Translations under genes and position numbers: made by a program
Shown here: one piece after another, positions 1-9,781 of the stretch
Numbering within the stretch: the stretch's first letter is position 1
Layout: each line of letters starts with the position of its first letter
Notes under the pieces: generated by a model
Seen by the model: only the letters and a program-made list of their open reading frames with translations
What the model was told of the DNA's origin: nothing
Databases searched by the model: none
Source of the DNA: a virus
Lineage: Duplodnaviria; Caudoviricetes
IMG/VR virus record: IMGVR_UViG_3300031994_000010
Coordinates: 64,001 to 128,000 of that record
Direction: 5' to 3' (one strand)
DNA: 64,000 bases

Positions 1-777
1 CTTGGAGCAATATTCTTTTAGATGAACACATTCTGGTCTTCTAAGAAAAATCAGTATTTCTCTGGTAGGGGATACTCTCAGGAGGGTGAATATGTTTAGT
101 ACGAGGAAACTGACCCTAATGACCCAACTAAGACAATTAAATGGTTCCAAAAATGGAATGAAGAAACTCAAGAAATGGAGTTTACTACTGAAAATACTGG
201 ACTCCCATTAATGGTATGGAAAGGACGTCCCTAGGAAGGTATTATAATAACCCTTAACCATTTAATTGCTCATGTACTCCTAGGAACAGAAGGAGATATA
301 GTATCTAGATATACAGAGTTTATGAATGTTGACGATCCTTACTTAAGAAGACTTTATCAAAACAATTTAAGACAACTTCTTGCTGATTTATTTGGTATAT
401 TGTTTATTGGATTACTAGTTGCTCCAAGTTTAACAAATGCAGCTAATTCTTATGCTAAAGAACAAGGAGTAAAAACTTTTCCTAATGCTGCAATGGGATG
501 GGCAGCTACTTTAGGAGCTTCAATGTTTGCTTAGTCTGCGGATGATTTTGTTTTCTATAAATCAGTATTTGGTAGAGGTGTTTAGTGGACCCCATTCTCT
601 ATTTAGTCTGGATGGAGAGCACTTACTGGAATAGCTAAATGTGCTACAGGAGATACCGATTTGTACGATACTATAGCTAAAAACTTTGCAGCTACCCGTA
701 ACTCTAAACCTATATTTAATTACATTAAACTCAATACTCTTGGAAGAGAGATTGGAGATAATGGTAAAGAAGAATGA
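1..777 (+). CDS. 3' end of large late/virion-associated protein, TAG-recoded (5' partial)
   Basis: Frame 1 is open from 1 to TGA 775-777 except six in-frame TAGs (19,97,232,532,583,604); TGA overlaps the next ATG (ATGA). Confidence 0.8.
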
Positions 778-1055
778 AAACATTTTTATTAAACTTAATT
801 AAAAATAATACTGGTATAAGTTCTAAAAACTTCTTTTTAGTAGTAGTAACTATTATAGGATGTATTTTATTACTTGTACCAGCTATTATCCTATTAGTAG
901 AGATATTTACAACACATACCATTACTACAGATTTAACAGGTTTGGCTACTTATATCGGTGCAGTAGCTAGCGTTTTAGCTTCAGCAGGAATAACTAAAAC
1001 CTGGTCAGAAAAATATGAAAAGATAGATTCTTCAGGAGATAATCCTTTGAGTTAA
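774..1055 (+). CDS. Putative holin (2 TM helices)
   Basis: 93 aa, two hydrophobic segments, charged C-terminus, end of late block. Confidence 0.55.
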   Translation: MKTFLLNLIKNNTGISSKNFFLVVVTIIGCILLLVPAIILLVEIFTTHTITTDLTGLATYIGAVASVLASAGITKTWSEKYEKIDSSGDNPLS

Positions 1056-1076
1056 TAATTTTAATTTTACGAATCT

Positions 1077-1457
1077 ATGATAGACCATTTATCACCTTAG
1101 CCACACGTATCTAATACAAGATTTAGATAGGCTATTAAAAAGTATTTTTATAAAGATATAGAACCTGAGTATACTCAACAAATTAAGGATTTAATTGTTG
1201 GAGATGCTTCAGAAACTTTAGATACTTTACAAGAACTTGCAGCAGCTCTTGATGATGATGCTGAATTTTATCAAACGGTAACTACTAAGTTTGATAATTT
1301 AACTTAGACAGTTACTGATAATGAATTAGTTACTGCTACTGCTTTAAATGATTTAAATACAAGAACTTCTACTATAGAAGAAAAAATACCTGAAATAGAT
1401 GAAGATATACAAGATATACAAGATAGTTTAGTAACAATAACCTTTAGACAGTGGTGA
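1077..1457 (+). CDS. Tail-fibre-like coiled-coil protein, TAG-recoded (missed by ORF track)
   Basis: ATG 1077 to TGA 1455-1457 with TAGs at 1098, 1128, 1305; contains the tail-fibre-type motif GDASETLDTLQELAAALDDD. Confidence 0.75.
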
Positions 1458-1458
1458 T

Positions 1459-1836
1459 ATGGGGATATATATAGGTGATAAGAGGTATGGTTTTTGTATT
1501 AGCAAAAGCAACCTTATTAAAACAGTTACACTTGACTCATCGCATGAGGAAGATAGTATAGGTAATGCAGTGTACTGGAGTACATTCCTTGAAATTCCTG
1601 TTGTTACGGATAAGACAGATAGGAATCTCTATCTTTGCGTTTTTGAGAACAATAATGCGGCCACAGCGAATTATAAGGTCGACTTCCTTCTTTATTACAT
1701 AAATGGGAATAACGGTGTTAGTTGTGCCTATATTAGAAACAACAGGAAAACTTACGGAAATAACATGGCAGATGCCATATCTCTTCATGCTTCTATAAAC
1801 ACGGTGATAAATGTCTATAAAATTCCATCAATTTAA
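1459..1836 (+). CDS. Hypothetical tail-associated protein
   Basis: 125-aa ORF in tail module. Confidence 0.6.
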   Translation: MGIYIGDKRYGFCISKSNLIKTVTLDSSHEEDSIGNAVYWSTFLEIPVVTDKTDRNLYLCVFENNNAATANYKVDFLLYYINGNNGVSCAYIRNNRKTYGNNMADAISLHASINTVINVYKIPSI

Positions 1837-1855
1837 TAAAGAAAGGATATAAGAT

Positions 1856-2350
1856 ATGCCTACAGATACTAATGTTAATAGCTTGGTTATCAACAAACTG
1901 ACAAAAGCTCAGTATGATGCCATACAAAATCCAAGTGAGACTGAACTTTACTTGGTAGAAGAAGATATAGATACTACACCTACAAGTGGTAGTAAGAATC
2001 CTGTCACAAGTGGAGGTGTATATAATGTATTGCAAGATAAAGAAAATAAAGTGGAGATTGTGGCAGCATCTGATACTACTCTTTCTGCACAAGTTGGGAA
2101 GTATTATAGGTTTGATGCAGAAGTAGGAACTTTAGCTGTTACTTTGCCTACGCCTACAGACACTACTCATCTTTCTAATGTTATTTTGTTTCTAACTACT
2201 GGAAGTACTCCTGCAATTACTTTTACATCAGCTAATGTACTTTACCAAGATGGTTATGAGATAGAAGCAGAAACTACTTATGAAATAAACTGTTTATTTA
2301 ATGGAGCTAATTGGGTGATTGCCGCAATGAAGATAGGAGGTGGAGTATGA
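1856..2350 (+). CDS. Tail-fibre-associated protein
   Basis: LTKAQYDAI..LY and DTTPTSGSKNPVTSGGVY repeats typical of phage tail fibres; beta-rich C-terminus. Confidence 0.65.
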   Translation: MPTDTNVNSLVINKLTKAQYDAIQNPSETELYLVEEDIDTTPTSGSKNPVTSGGVYNVLQDKENKVEIVAASDTTLSAQVGKYYRFDAEVGTLAVTLPTPTDTTHLSNVILFLTTGSTPAITFTSANVLYQDGYEIEAETTYEINCLFNGANWVIAAMKIGGGV

Positions 2351-3282
2351 TTGGAGTTAATAGGAGAAGGATGATGGGAGGTGGTGGTGACTTCGATTGG
2401 AGTAAACAATATCTCACCTTTGAGGCTGTTGAAAGCGGAACATTCAAAAACAGCCTTAATGTCGTGTATTATTCTCTCGACGGCGGTTCTACATGGATTT
2501 CTCTTGCTGCAAATACAGACACCCCGACTGTATTGGCAGGAGATATGATAATGTGGAAGGCAGAACTTACACCAACGCAAGATGACGGTGTTGGCACTTT
2601 TACAGGAAGCGGTGAGTTCAATGCAATGGGCAACCCAATGTCTTTGCATTATGGTGACAATTTCCGCAACTACACATCGTCAAAGACAAACGCTTATAGA
2701 AAGTTGTTCTATAATAGTAAGATTGTAAGTGCAGAGAATCTGAAGCTAATAGACATAAGTGTTGGTGCAAGATATTACCATAGTATGTTTTATGGGTGTT
2801 CTTCGCTTATTGCTGCTCCAGAAATTCCAGCAACCTCATGTGGTTTAGATGGATGCAATAGTATGTTTTACGGATGCACTTCACTCACAGTTGCTCCAGA
2901 GTTACATGTTACTACTACTGCCCGATATTGGGCGATGTATATGTTTTACGGATGTACAAATCTTATACAAGCACCAAGTGTACTTCCTGCTACAGATATA
3001 GGTGCTGGTGGCTATTATCATATGTTCCGCAACTGTTCAAGTCTTGAGGTTGCACCTGTAATTATGGCAACAAGCTCATCTGGGATGAGTGAAATGTTCA
3101 GAGGTTGCTCCAAGCTAAGATATATTAAAGCAATGTTTACAGAAACACCAAATGCAGATAACTGGGTAAATGGTGTTGCTTCTTCTGGTGTGTTTGCAAA
3201 GCGTTCAGACGCAACATGGGAAAATGCCTTTGGGGTAAACGCCATACCTACAGGGTGGACTGTTGAAACGTTTCAAGTATAA
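2347..3282 (+). CDS. BspA-like leucine-rich-repeat protein
   Basis: Repeated 'MFYGCxSLxxAPEL' units; start moved to ATG 2347 (ATGA overlap with upstream stop). Confidence 0.75.
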   Translation: MIGVNRRRMMGGGGDFDWSKQYLTFEAVESGTFKNSLNVVYYSLDGGSTWISLAANTDTPTVLAGDMIMWKAELTPTQDDGVGTFTGSGEFNAMGNPMSLHYGDNFRNYTSSKTNAYRKLFYNSKIVSAENLKLIDISVGARYYHSMFYGCSSLIAAPEIPATSCGLDGCNSMFYGCTSLTVAPELHVTTTARYWAMYMFYGCTNLIQAPSVLPATDIGAGGYYHMFRNCSSLEVAPVIMATSSSGMSEMFRGCSKLRYIKAMFTETPNADNWVNGVASSGVFAKRSDATWENAFGVNAIPTGWTVETFQV

Positions 3283-3287
3283 TTAAT

Positions 3288-3407
3288 ATGAAGAAGTATT
3301 ATAACGCGACCACAAAGGAGTGGTACACGGAAGGTTCTTCCATGACGAGGAAGATAGACAATGGGAACATTCTAAGTGTTGAACAATTAAATAAAATAAT
3401 TATATGA
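3288..3407 (+). CDS. Short (39 aa) ORF, possibly truncated remnant
   Basis: MKKYYNATTKEWYTEGSSMTRKIDNG... ends at TGA overlapping ATG 3404. Confidence 0.4.
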   Translation: MKKYYNATTKEWYTEGSSMTRKIDNGNILSVEQLNKIII

Positions 3408-3805
3408 AATATTTAAAAAAATTTAATACACATGCTGAGTATGAATTAGCAACATTAGATTTACCAAATGTAAGTTATTGTGTAGATAACAATGAAGTGC
3501 ATTATAATTCTTCGTATATTGGTATGGCTAAAGTATCGGGAACTAATAAATTTATTCCTGTTTATAGAGGGTTACCTATTGGAGAAGGAAATAGTATATG
3601 TGTTTTCACACAATCTACGTCATTCGAAGATATAATTACAAATAATATACCATGGCAACCTGCAACATAGATGGCAAACTTAGTTAGTTCATCCTCATTT
3701 AAGTATCAAGATGGTACAACTATTACTAATATAATACCAAATAGTTCAGTACCATAGGACGCATTATCTAGATATACTAATGAACCTATATTTATAACAG
3801 CTTAA
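3404..3805 (+). CDS. Hypothetical protein, TAG-recoded (133 aa)
   Basis: Reads through TAG 3668 and 3755 to TAA 3803-3805 just before terminator. Confidence 0.7.
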
Positions 3806-3809
3806 TGGA

Positions 3810-3859
3810 AAAAAATAAGGGCTAGCCAAGGAGATTAACTCCCTGACTAGCCCTTTTAT
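3810..3859. terminator. Bidirectional intrinsic terminator between convergent late and early blocks
   Basis: A-tract, stem aagggctag...ctagccctt, T-tract. Confidence 0.8.
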
Positions 3860-4179
3860 AATTCTTTAAATTGTTGCTTTAGTTCTTCTAACTTATTATT
3901 CATAAGTTCTTTTACTTTATCTTCTATTTCTATAGGTAGTGCTTCTACATGATCCCTTATTTCAGGAATACACCCACTTACAGTGGTAATATTACTATTA
4001 TAATTAACTCGTTGAATACATTCCTTCCAACTTACACAAATTTTGGCATTTTTCCTATTTAAATCTTCAATACAGTTTTCTAGGTACGAAATTTGATTTA
4101 TCAGATTTTGTGCCTCTCGAAACTTACTCTCATCCATAAAAATTTTAATTTTAAGACCTCTGACGTTCTTCAGAATCAA
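3856..4179 (-). CDS. Hypothetical protein
   Basis: ORF track; true start probably the internal MDESK. Confidence 0.6.
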   Translation of the reverse strand: MILKNVRGLKIKIFMDESKFREAQNLINQISYLENCIEDLNRKNAKICVSWKECIQRVNYNSNITTVSGCIPEIRDHVEALPIEIEDKVKELMNNKLEELKQQFKEL

Positions 4180-4351
4180 TTTTCTAATAGGTTTCGATAA
4201 CTCACCTACTTGAGAATTTTTAGTTCAACCTAGAGAAGATTTCACTCTTCCATAAATTTTGAACAAGATTCACACATTCCATCAAAGTTTTCATATTCAT
4301 ATTCTGTGAGTTCTTTACCGCACTCTTCACAGTAGTGTTTCTTCTTTTTCA

Positions 4352-4735
4352 TCACTCTTTACTACGATTTGCTTCCAAAATGGGCAATCCTGCCTCAGTC
4401 GGGATATAAATAATACGATTATTAGTACTAGCATTTTGCTGACGCACCCATAGATATTGAATATAAGTGGGAGTCAGACTACCGTTTTCAATTTTAATGG
4501 CTTCAGCAGCTCCTTTAGCTCTTTCTACCTCTGCTTGTGCATTAAGTTTTTCACTTTCCAAGTTAGCTTGCGCCTCAGCTATTTTAATTCGTCTGTTTTG
4601 CTCAGCTTTAGCTAATTCTGCTTTACCAGACATTTCTTGTTGCCATACCTTATAATAAGGACATCCTACGAACACTCCTAAAAGTATAAGAACTGCACAA
4701 CAAAAACTTCCAAAATAATATCCAAATTTATTCAT
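4352..4735 (-). CDS. Membrane-anchored coiled-coil protein (SPFH/band-7 C-terminal-like)
   Basis: N-terminal TM, AEA-rich coiled coil, YLWV..IYIPTEAGLP tail. Confidence 0.55.
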   Translation of the reverse strand: MNKFGYYFGSFCCAVLILLGVFVGCPYYKVWQQEMSGKAELAKAEQNRRIKIAEAQANLESEKLNAQAEVERAKGAAEAIKIENGSLTPTYIQYLWVRQQNASTNNRIIYIPTEAGLPILEANRSKE

Positions 4736-5115
4736 TACTCAAAATATTTATTAATTACTTTACCGTCTCTATAAACCTCATAAATATATCCATCTACCCA
4801 GTCCGCATACTCATCATCTGTGATGTCATCCCTATCTTCGAATTTGGGATCAAATTCGCCTGTAGTTATATTTTTCCAAGTATAACTAGCTTCCTTTGTC
4901 CCTTCCCAATATTTCCAACCAAGATCGTCTGCATCCATAGAACCACATTCAAATGCTCCATCAAATTCTGCATAAACAATTGATAGATGATCATAATATG
5001 GATCTTTTTTAAGATAGGTTTTAATTGCTTCTAAACTATCTGCTATTACACATGGAAAAGAAGTGGTGCCATAATCAGTATCAGTACTCACCAAAAGTGC
5101 CCAAATTTTAGTCAT
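4735..5115 (-). CDS. Hypothetical acidic protein
   Basis: ORF coupled to neighbours. Confidence 0.6.
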   Translation of the reverse strand: MTKIWALLVSTDTDYGTTSFPCVIADSLEAIKTYLKKDPYYDHLSIVYAEFDGAFECGSMDADDLGWKYWEGTKEASYTWKNITTGEFDPKFEDRDDITDDEYADWVDGYIYEVYRDGKVINKYFE

Positions 5116-5632
5116 AATATTTTTTAATTAAATCGATTACTATAGGAGAAACATAGTTACCTATATTCTCTCTACTTTTAACTTTCTCTCTTATAAGTGA
5201 AGATGATATAGAATTTTCTGGTCTATCTACTATTAAGAAGTTATAATCTTCTATTATTTTTCCACCATGCATCCAATTTGGAATATCTTTAATAGTATCT
5301 TCTCCACATAAAACAAATACTTCATCATTACAATATTTATTCTTTAAAGCGTGGAGAGTAGCATAACTATAATAAGGAGGAATGAGAAATTTTTCTATAT
5401 TATCAATTCCTATTTTAATCCATTGTTTAGGAAAAAATTCTTCTTGAAGCTGTGCTCTAATTATATAAATTCTTTTATTAAAATCAAGAACTTTCTCCTT
5501 TTTCCAAGGATTTTGCATTGTTGGAACAATAATCACTCTATCCATTTTAAAGTCATTTAAAGCAGTTTTCACCACCTCTAAATGGCCCTTATGAAATGGA
5601 TTAAATGAACCTAAATATAATGCAATTTTCAT
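5108..5632 (-). CDS. nadD: Nicotinate-nucleotide adenylyltransferase
   Basis: GSFNPFHKGH (HxGH) and ISSSLIR motifs. Confidence 0.9.
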   Translation of the reverse strand: MKIALYLGSFNPFHKGHLEVVKTALNDFKMDRVIIVPTMQNPWKKEKVLDFNKRIYIIRAQLQEEFFPKQWIKIGIDNIEKFLIPPYYSYATLHALKNKYCNDEVFVLCGEDTIKDIPNWMHGGKIIEDYNFLIVDRPENSISSSLIREKVKSRENIGNYVSPIVIDLIKKYYD

Positions 5633-5767
5633 TTAAAAAAGATTTACTGGAAAACCTATAGAAGCAAGTTTTACCTTTTCTTCTAATTTTTTAATTTTTT
5701 CATCTTGTTCTTTTTGATGTTTCTCCAATTCTTCAATCCTTTTAAGAATTAATTGTTCCATAAGTCA

Positions 5768-5947
5768 TCAGGAATTTAAAAAAATTTTATTTTCACAATC
5801 TGGACAAATTATACATTGACGAATTTCATCGTCTCCTAATAATGAAGGAACAATTTCTTCTTGAATATCCTCTTGTTCATATTGTAATTTAGCCATACAA
5901 TTAGGACAAGTAACTTTCTTTACTCCATGTTTTAATACTTTAATCAT
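5768..5947 (-). CDS. Small Zn-ribbon protein (59 aa)
   Basis: CPNC...CPDC; ATGA overlap with nadE stop. Confidence 0.6.
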   Translation of the reverse strand: MIKVLKHGVKKVTCPNCMAKLQYEQEDIQEEIVPSLLGDDEIRQCIICPDCENKIFLNS

Positions 5948-6798
5948 AATCCTAATTCCTCTCTAGTTGGTTTAATTGGTAACTCTTTTCTTTTATAAAC
6001 AGTATTCTGGTGAAGTAACATTACTTTATCAACTCCTTGTTCGTTATAAGAATCAATAAGTCGAGTATATGCATCTCTAGCTTCTTTAGAACCAATAGCA
6101 TAAGAAGTGTAATATACTGTTTTTAACACATCATCAACTTGCTCATAGTTATCTAATCCAAACTGTTCACAATCTGAATTAGAAACACCATTACCATCTG
6201 TTGGAATTAACTTTATAGAAGCCAACAATGCTTGATATTTGTCAGATTGATTCTGTTCTTCTAATAAAAATTTAGCCAATTCGTATATTTCAGTCTTCCA
6301 AAGATAGTGTAAACCTAAGTTTATATCACAGGGACTATCACCGTGTATAGTATAAAAACCTAAATTCCACTCAGTGAAGTTATCATTATCAAGAACTACT
6401 CCTTTATGAAGTGATGCAAGATTATAAAGATACATCATTCTAAGACGAGCTTTAATATTTCCAGCTTGAATGTTATTTATAACACCCTCACACTCTTCAA
6501 ACTCATCTACAATAGAAAGATAAGTTTCATCTAAATATACAACTTTATAATTAGTACAAAAAGCCTTTCCTACTAAATCCGCAACATCACATTCAGACTG
6601 TTTATTAGTTCCTGTCGGTAAACTTCTACCTATTAAAGGAATATTAAGTTCTTTACATACCGGAGAAGCAATAGCACAGCTGACTGTGCTATCAATTCCT
6701 CCAGAAATGCCGACACAAATTGACTGTAAATGATTATTTCTTATATATTTGGATAACCATTTACGAGAATTTTCTACAAATATATTATAATTGATCAT
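5944..6798 (-). CDS. nadE: NH3-dependent NAD+ synthetase
   Basis: GISGGIDS PP-loop, GNIKARLRM, GFYTIHGD, KTEIYELA; no glutaminase domain. Confidence 0.92.
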   Translation of the reverse strand: MINYNIFVENSRKWLSKYIRNNHLQSICVGISGGIDSTVSCAIASPVCKELNIPLIGRSLPTGTNKQSECDVADLVGKAFCTNYKVVYLDETYLSIVDEFEECEGVINNIQAGNIKARLRMMYLYNLASLHKGVVLDNDNFTEWNLGFYTIHGDSPCDINLGLHYLWKTEIYELAKFLLEEQNQSDKYQALLASIKLIPTDGNGVSNSDCEQFGLDNYEQVDDVLKTVYYTSYAIGSKEARDAYTRLIDSYNEQGVDKVMLLHQNTVYKRKELPIKPTREELGL

Positions 6799-6988
6799 CG
6801 TGAGTTGTAGTACTTGTTACTTTCCAATTATTTGGATTATAAGTAAACTTATCTGAGTAAATAATCTGTGGATAATAAGGATAAATATATGGCTGACATC
6901 CTTTAATATCTTTTAATAACTGAAGACTCTCCTCAAGAGTTAAATGTCCAGTTTTATAAGCATTTAAAATAATTTCTTCACTAGTCAT
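6785..6988 (-). CDS. Small hypothetical protein
   Basis: ORF overlapping both neighbours. Confidence 0.5.
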   Translation of the reverse strand: MTSEEIILNAYKTGHLTLEESLQLLKDIKGCQPYIYPYYPQIIYSDKFTYNPNNWKVTSTTTHDDQL

Positions 6989-7553
6989 AATTTTCTATTC
7001 TTCTAAAAATTTCATTTTCCGGGGAGTCGAAGTTTTCTACCCAAGTTCTAAAAAATACTTTACAATCTAAATCGGCATTAGCATAATCAAGAATTTCTAA
7101 TAAATTATTATCAATGCTATAATTACAATCATCAAATTTATCTATAAAAGCATAGAGTCTATTGCTAGATAAATATTTAATGTCTTCTTGCCAACCTCCC
7201 CAGTAAAGTTCTTCTATAGCTTTCCAATCCTTTTTTGATTTCGGACTAAAGGTTATTCCATCAATATTGGGTAATTTTTCAAGTTTTCTAAGATATAATA
7301 AACAAGCATATCCAGAAGTAAACACATAAATATTTTTAATATTTTCTCTACTTCTTAGAGCATTTACTATTTTATCAAGTTTTTCTCCAAGTAAAAATGG
7401 ATCTCCTCCAGTTAAACAAATTGTATTTACAGAAGAAAGCTCCTCCTCCGTAGGAAGAGGAACTTTTTCTATATCATAATTCTTATTACAACAAAGTGGA
7501 CAGTTATTTGTACACTTATTAGTAACAAATAGATGCATTGTATCTACTTTCAT
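6981..7553 (-). CDS. Radical SAM protein
   Basis: CTNNCPLC (CxxxCxxC) and LTGGDP; ends TAG immediately followed by TGA. Confidence 0.85.
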   Translation of the reverse strand: MKVDTMHLFVTNKCTNNCPLCCNKNYDIEKVPLPTEEELSSVNTICLTGGDPFLLGEKLDKIVNALRSRENIKNIYVFTSGYACLLYLRKLEKLPNIDGITFSPKSKKDWKAIEELYWGGWQEDIKYLSSNRLYAFIDKFDDCNYSIDNNLLEILDYANADLDCKVFFRTWVENFDSPENEIFRRIENYD

Positions 7554-8713
7554 ATCCCTAATTGATATTTAGCAATCTCAAATTCTTTATCATCACCTAA
7601 ATGTTTTCCTAAATCATCAGAAATTTTAATACACTTTCTCCATTCCTGATTTTGGTTTATTTTACATTTAGATAGCTTCATAACAATATTAGAAGGTTTA
7701 AACCCACAGTCATTAGTAAGATTTGTACCAATGCCGGCGCTGACCCGAATCCTGCCTTTGAAGTAATTGGCAATATCAAGATACTTATTAAAATCAAGAG
7801 CATTGCTAAATACGATAGTTTTTGTCGTTGGGTCAATACCCAACTCTTGATACCGTTTAATAACCTCATTACCAATTTTATATTCATCACCAGAATCCTG
7901 TCTTACACCATCAAATAATTTTGCAAATTTTAAAGACATATTCTTAAGACCAACTTTAGAAGTATAAGTATCCATTAAGAATATTCCTAAATTTCCATCA
8001 TAAGTACGAACCCAATCTCTCATTCCGAGATAATTAGCTTCCTGATAACCCCAAATAGCCCCATGAAACATAATCCATTCATGCGGGAAGGTTCCAATAG
8101 GAGTCATATTATAGTGCATAGCAAAATATACATTAGAAGTACCAACACAATTAATTGGGCATCTATTATGTAACCGCTTTATTATACTCTCATGTACTGC
8201 TGATGAAAATCTTCTACGGGTTCCAAACTCAGAGAATTTTAATCCATTTTCTATTGCAATATTTATCTTTTTATCTAATTTAGAAAGCATTATTTGTTCA
8301 CTATAAACATTTCCTTTCCATTTATTAGTAAGTTCAGATACTATTGAAAGAATTGGAACTTCATATAAGGTTACCTTATAAAGAAAGTCAGTAACTTCGA
8401 TATGTAGATGACCATTATTGTCAATAGTAGCATATATTTTTAATGGCTCATACCTAAAATTTTCCAACCATTCCCAATAAACCTGAGGAATATAAGGAAT
8501 ATGTTCTACACACCAATAAAATTCATCAACTTTTAAATGTAATTGCATAAGTTTGTTTAACTCAAGATTTAAAGCAGTTAAAAACTCTTCGCTATAAACA
8601 GTATTATCTCTATCAGTAAAAGTAAAAGTTCCTACTGCTTCTGGATAGAGTTTCATATAAGCATATGATGTACTAAACTTATACAAATCGTTGTCTAAAA
8701 TTGAAAGTATCAT
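7550..8713 (-). CDS. pncB: Nicotinate phosphoribosyltransferase
   Basis: DNDLYK, EFGTRRR, GTFPHEW, RQDSGD, GIGT motifs. Confidence 0.93.
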   Translation of the reverse strand: MILSILDNDLYKFSTSYAYMKLYPEAVGTFTFTDRDNTVYSEEFLTALNLELNKLMQLHLKVDEFYWCVEHIPYIPQVYWEWLENFRYEPLKIYATIDNNGHLHIEVTDFLYKVTLYEVPILSIVSELTNKWKGNVYSEQIMLSKLDKKINIAIENGLKFSEFGTRRRFSSAVHESIIKRLHNRCPINCVGTSNVYFAMHYNMTPIGTFPHEWIMFHGAIWGYQEANYLGMRDWVRTYDGNLGIFLMDTYTSKVGLKNMSLKFAKLFDGVRQDSGDEYKIGNEVIKRYQELGIDPTTKTIVFSNALDFNKYLDIANYFKGRIRVSAGIGTNLTNDCGFKPSNIVMKLSKCKINQNQEWRKCIKISDDLGKHLGDDKEFEIAKYQLGI

Positions 8714-9219
8714 TTTAAATAATTATTAATAAGTTCTTTATGATTAAATGCCCATTCGTAAGAATTTATTTCCTTAGTAGATATCCATTTTATTTTAGAA
8801 ACTTCATCTAATTCAGAGTTTTCAAATGAAAGTACAATGTCCTCAATCCCTCTAATATAACTACAAAGTCTAAATGTAATATTTTGTCGTTTATCTGAAT
8901 TAGGATTAGAATTAACTGAAATTAAATCCCAATCATTTGGGTTAATCTCTACTCCAGTTTCTTCATACACCTCCCTAGTGGCTGCTTCTTCAATAGTTTC
9001 GTCGAAGTCTACATAACCACAGGGTAAACACCATTTATTAACAAACTCTGGATCTGGAGTTCCTTTACCTCGCTGTTCTACTAAAATGTATTCATTATTA
9101 TCTTTATCATATCCGAATACAAAAGTTACAACAGCAACAGAACGGGAAATCCAATATTCCCGTCCTGTTCTATTATCAATTATTGAAAAATTTTTCATAT
9201 TTTGGAATATCGTTATCAA
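8710..9219 (-). CDS. Nudix hydrolase (ADP-ribose pyrophosphatase-like)
   Basis: Nudix box GYVDFDETIEEAATREVYEETGV. Confidence 0.88.
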   Translation of the reverse strand: MITIFQNMKNFSIIDNRTGREYWISRSVAVVTFVFGYDKDNNEYILVEQRGKGTPDPEFVNKWCLPCGYVDFDETIEEAATREVYEETGVEINPNDWDLISVNSNPNSDKRQNITFRLCSYIRGIEDIVLSFENSELDEVSKIKWISTKEINSYEWAFNHKELINNYLK

Positions 9220-9781
9220 TCATATATTTTCTTAAAGTACTTCCGCCATCTATAGATGCTGTTCCATCTACATAAACGGATAAATTATGCAATTTATGCC
9301 TTACCTTAACAAGTTGTTTTAAGGTTTCAAGAACACAAATGTCTCCAGCTAATCCACATACAACTACATCTTCTCTATTAGATAGAATATAACCTACATC
9401 ATCATTAGAGATGTTTAAAGAAACACAATCATAAAATTCTTCTTTTATACCATTAAATACAGCAAATTCTTCAACATAACGCTGAGTTCCTTTAACTATA
9501 TATTCTGCATATAGATTGTTTTTAGTAATTGCATCGCTAATTGGACTATAAATTCTAGCGCCATTAGTACTTGCAACACAATGTTCAGGAAATTGTCCAC
9601 CAAAGTCTTTAAAAGAACAATGATTTCCAGGATGCCAGTCTTGTGAAACTAAACAATTACCAACTTCTCCTGAATTAATGAGTTTTGCTATGTTATCAAG
9701 AGCTTTTGTACCCCCATTAACTGGAAGTTTACCTCCCTCAATAAAATCATATTGAGGATCTACAATAATTAATGTAATCAT
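9176..9781 (-). CDS. pncA: Nicotinamidase
   Basis: IVDPQYDF, QDWHP..H, PEHC, KG, GLAGDICV (Asp-Lys-Cys triad). Confidence 0.9.
   Translation of the reverse strand: MITLIIVDPQYDFIEGGKLPVNGGTKALDNIAKLINSGEVGNCLVSQDWHPGNHCSFKDFGGQFPEHCVASTNGARIYSPISDAITKNNLYAEYIVKGTQRYVEEFAVFNGIKEEFYDCVSLNISNDDVGYILSNREDVVVCGLAGDICVLETLKQLVKVRHKLHNLSVYVDGTASIDGGSTLRKYMIDNDIPKYEKFFNN

Noticed and set aside
322-534. 70-aa ORF from the track
   Set aside because: Internal fragment of the TAG-recoded gene 1-777.
4150-4250. Hammerhead ribozyme (CTGAAGA and GAAA on - strand)
   Set aside because: Could not build stems I-III around the core.
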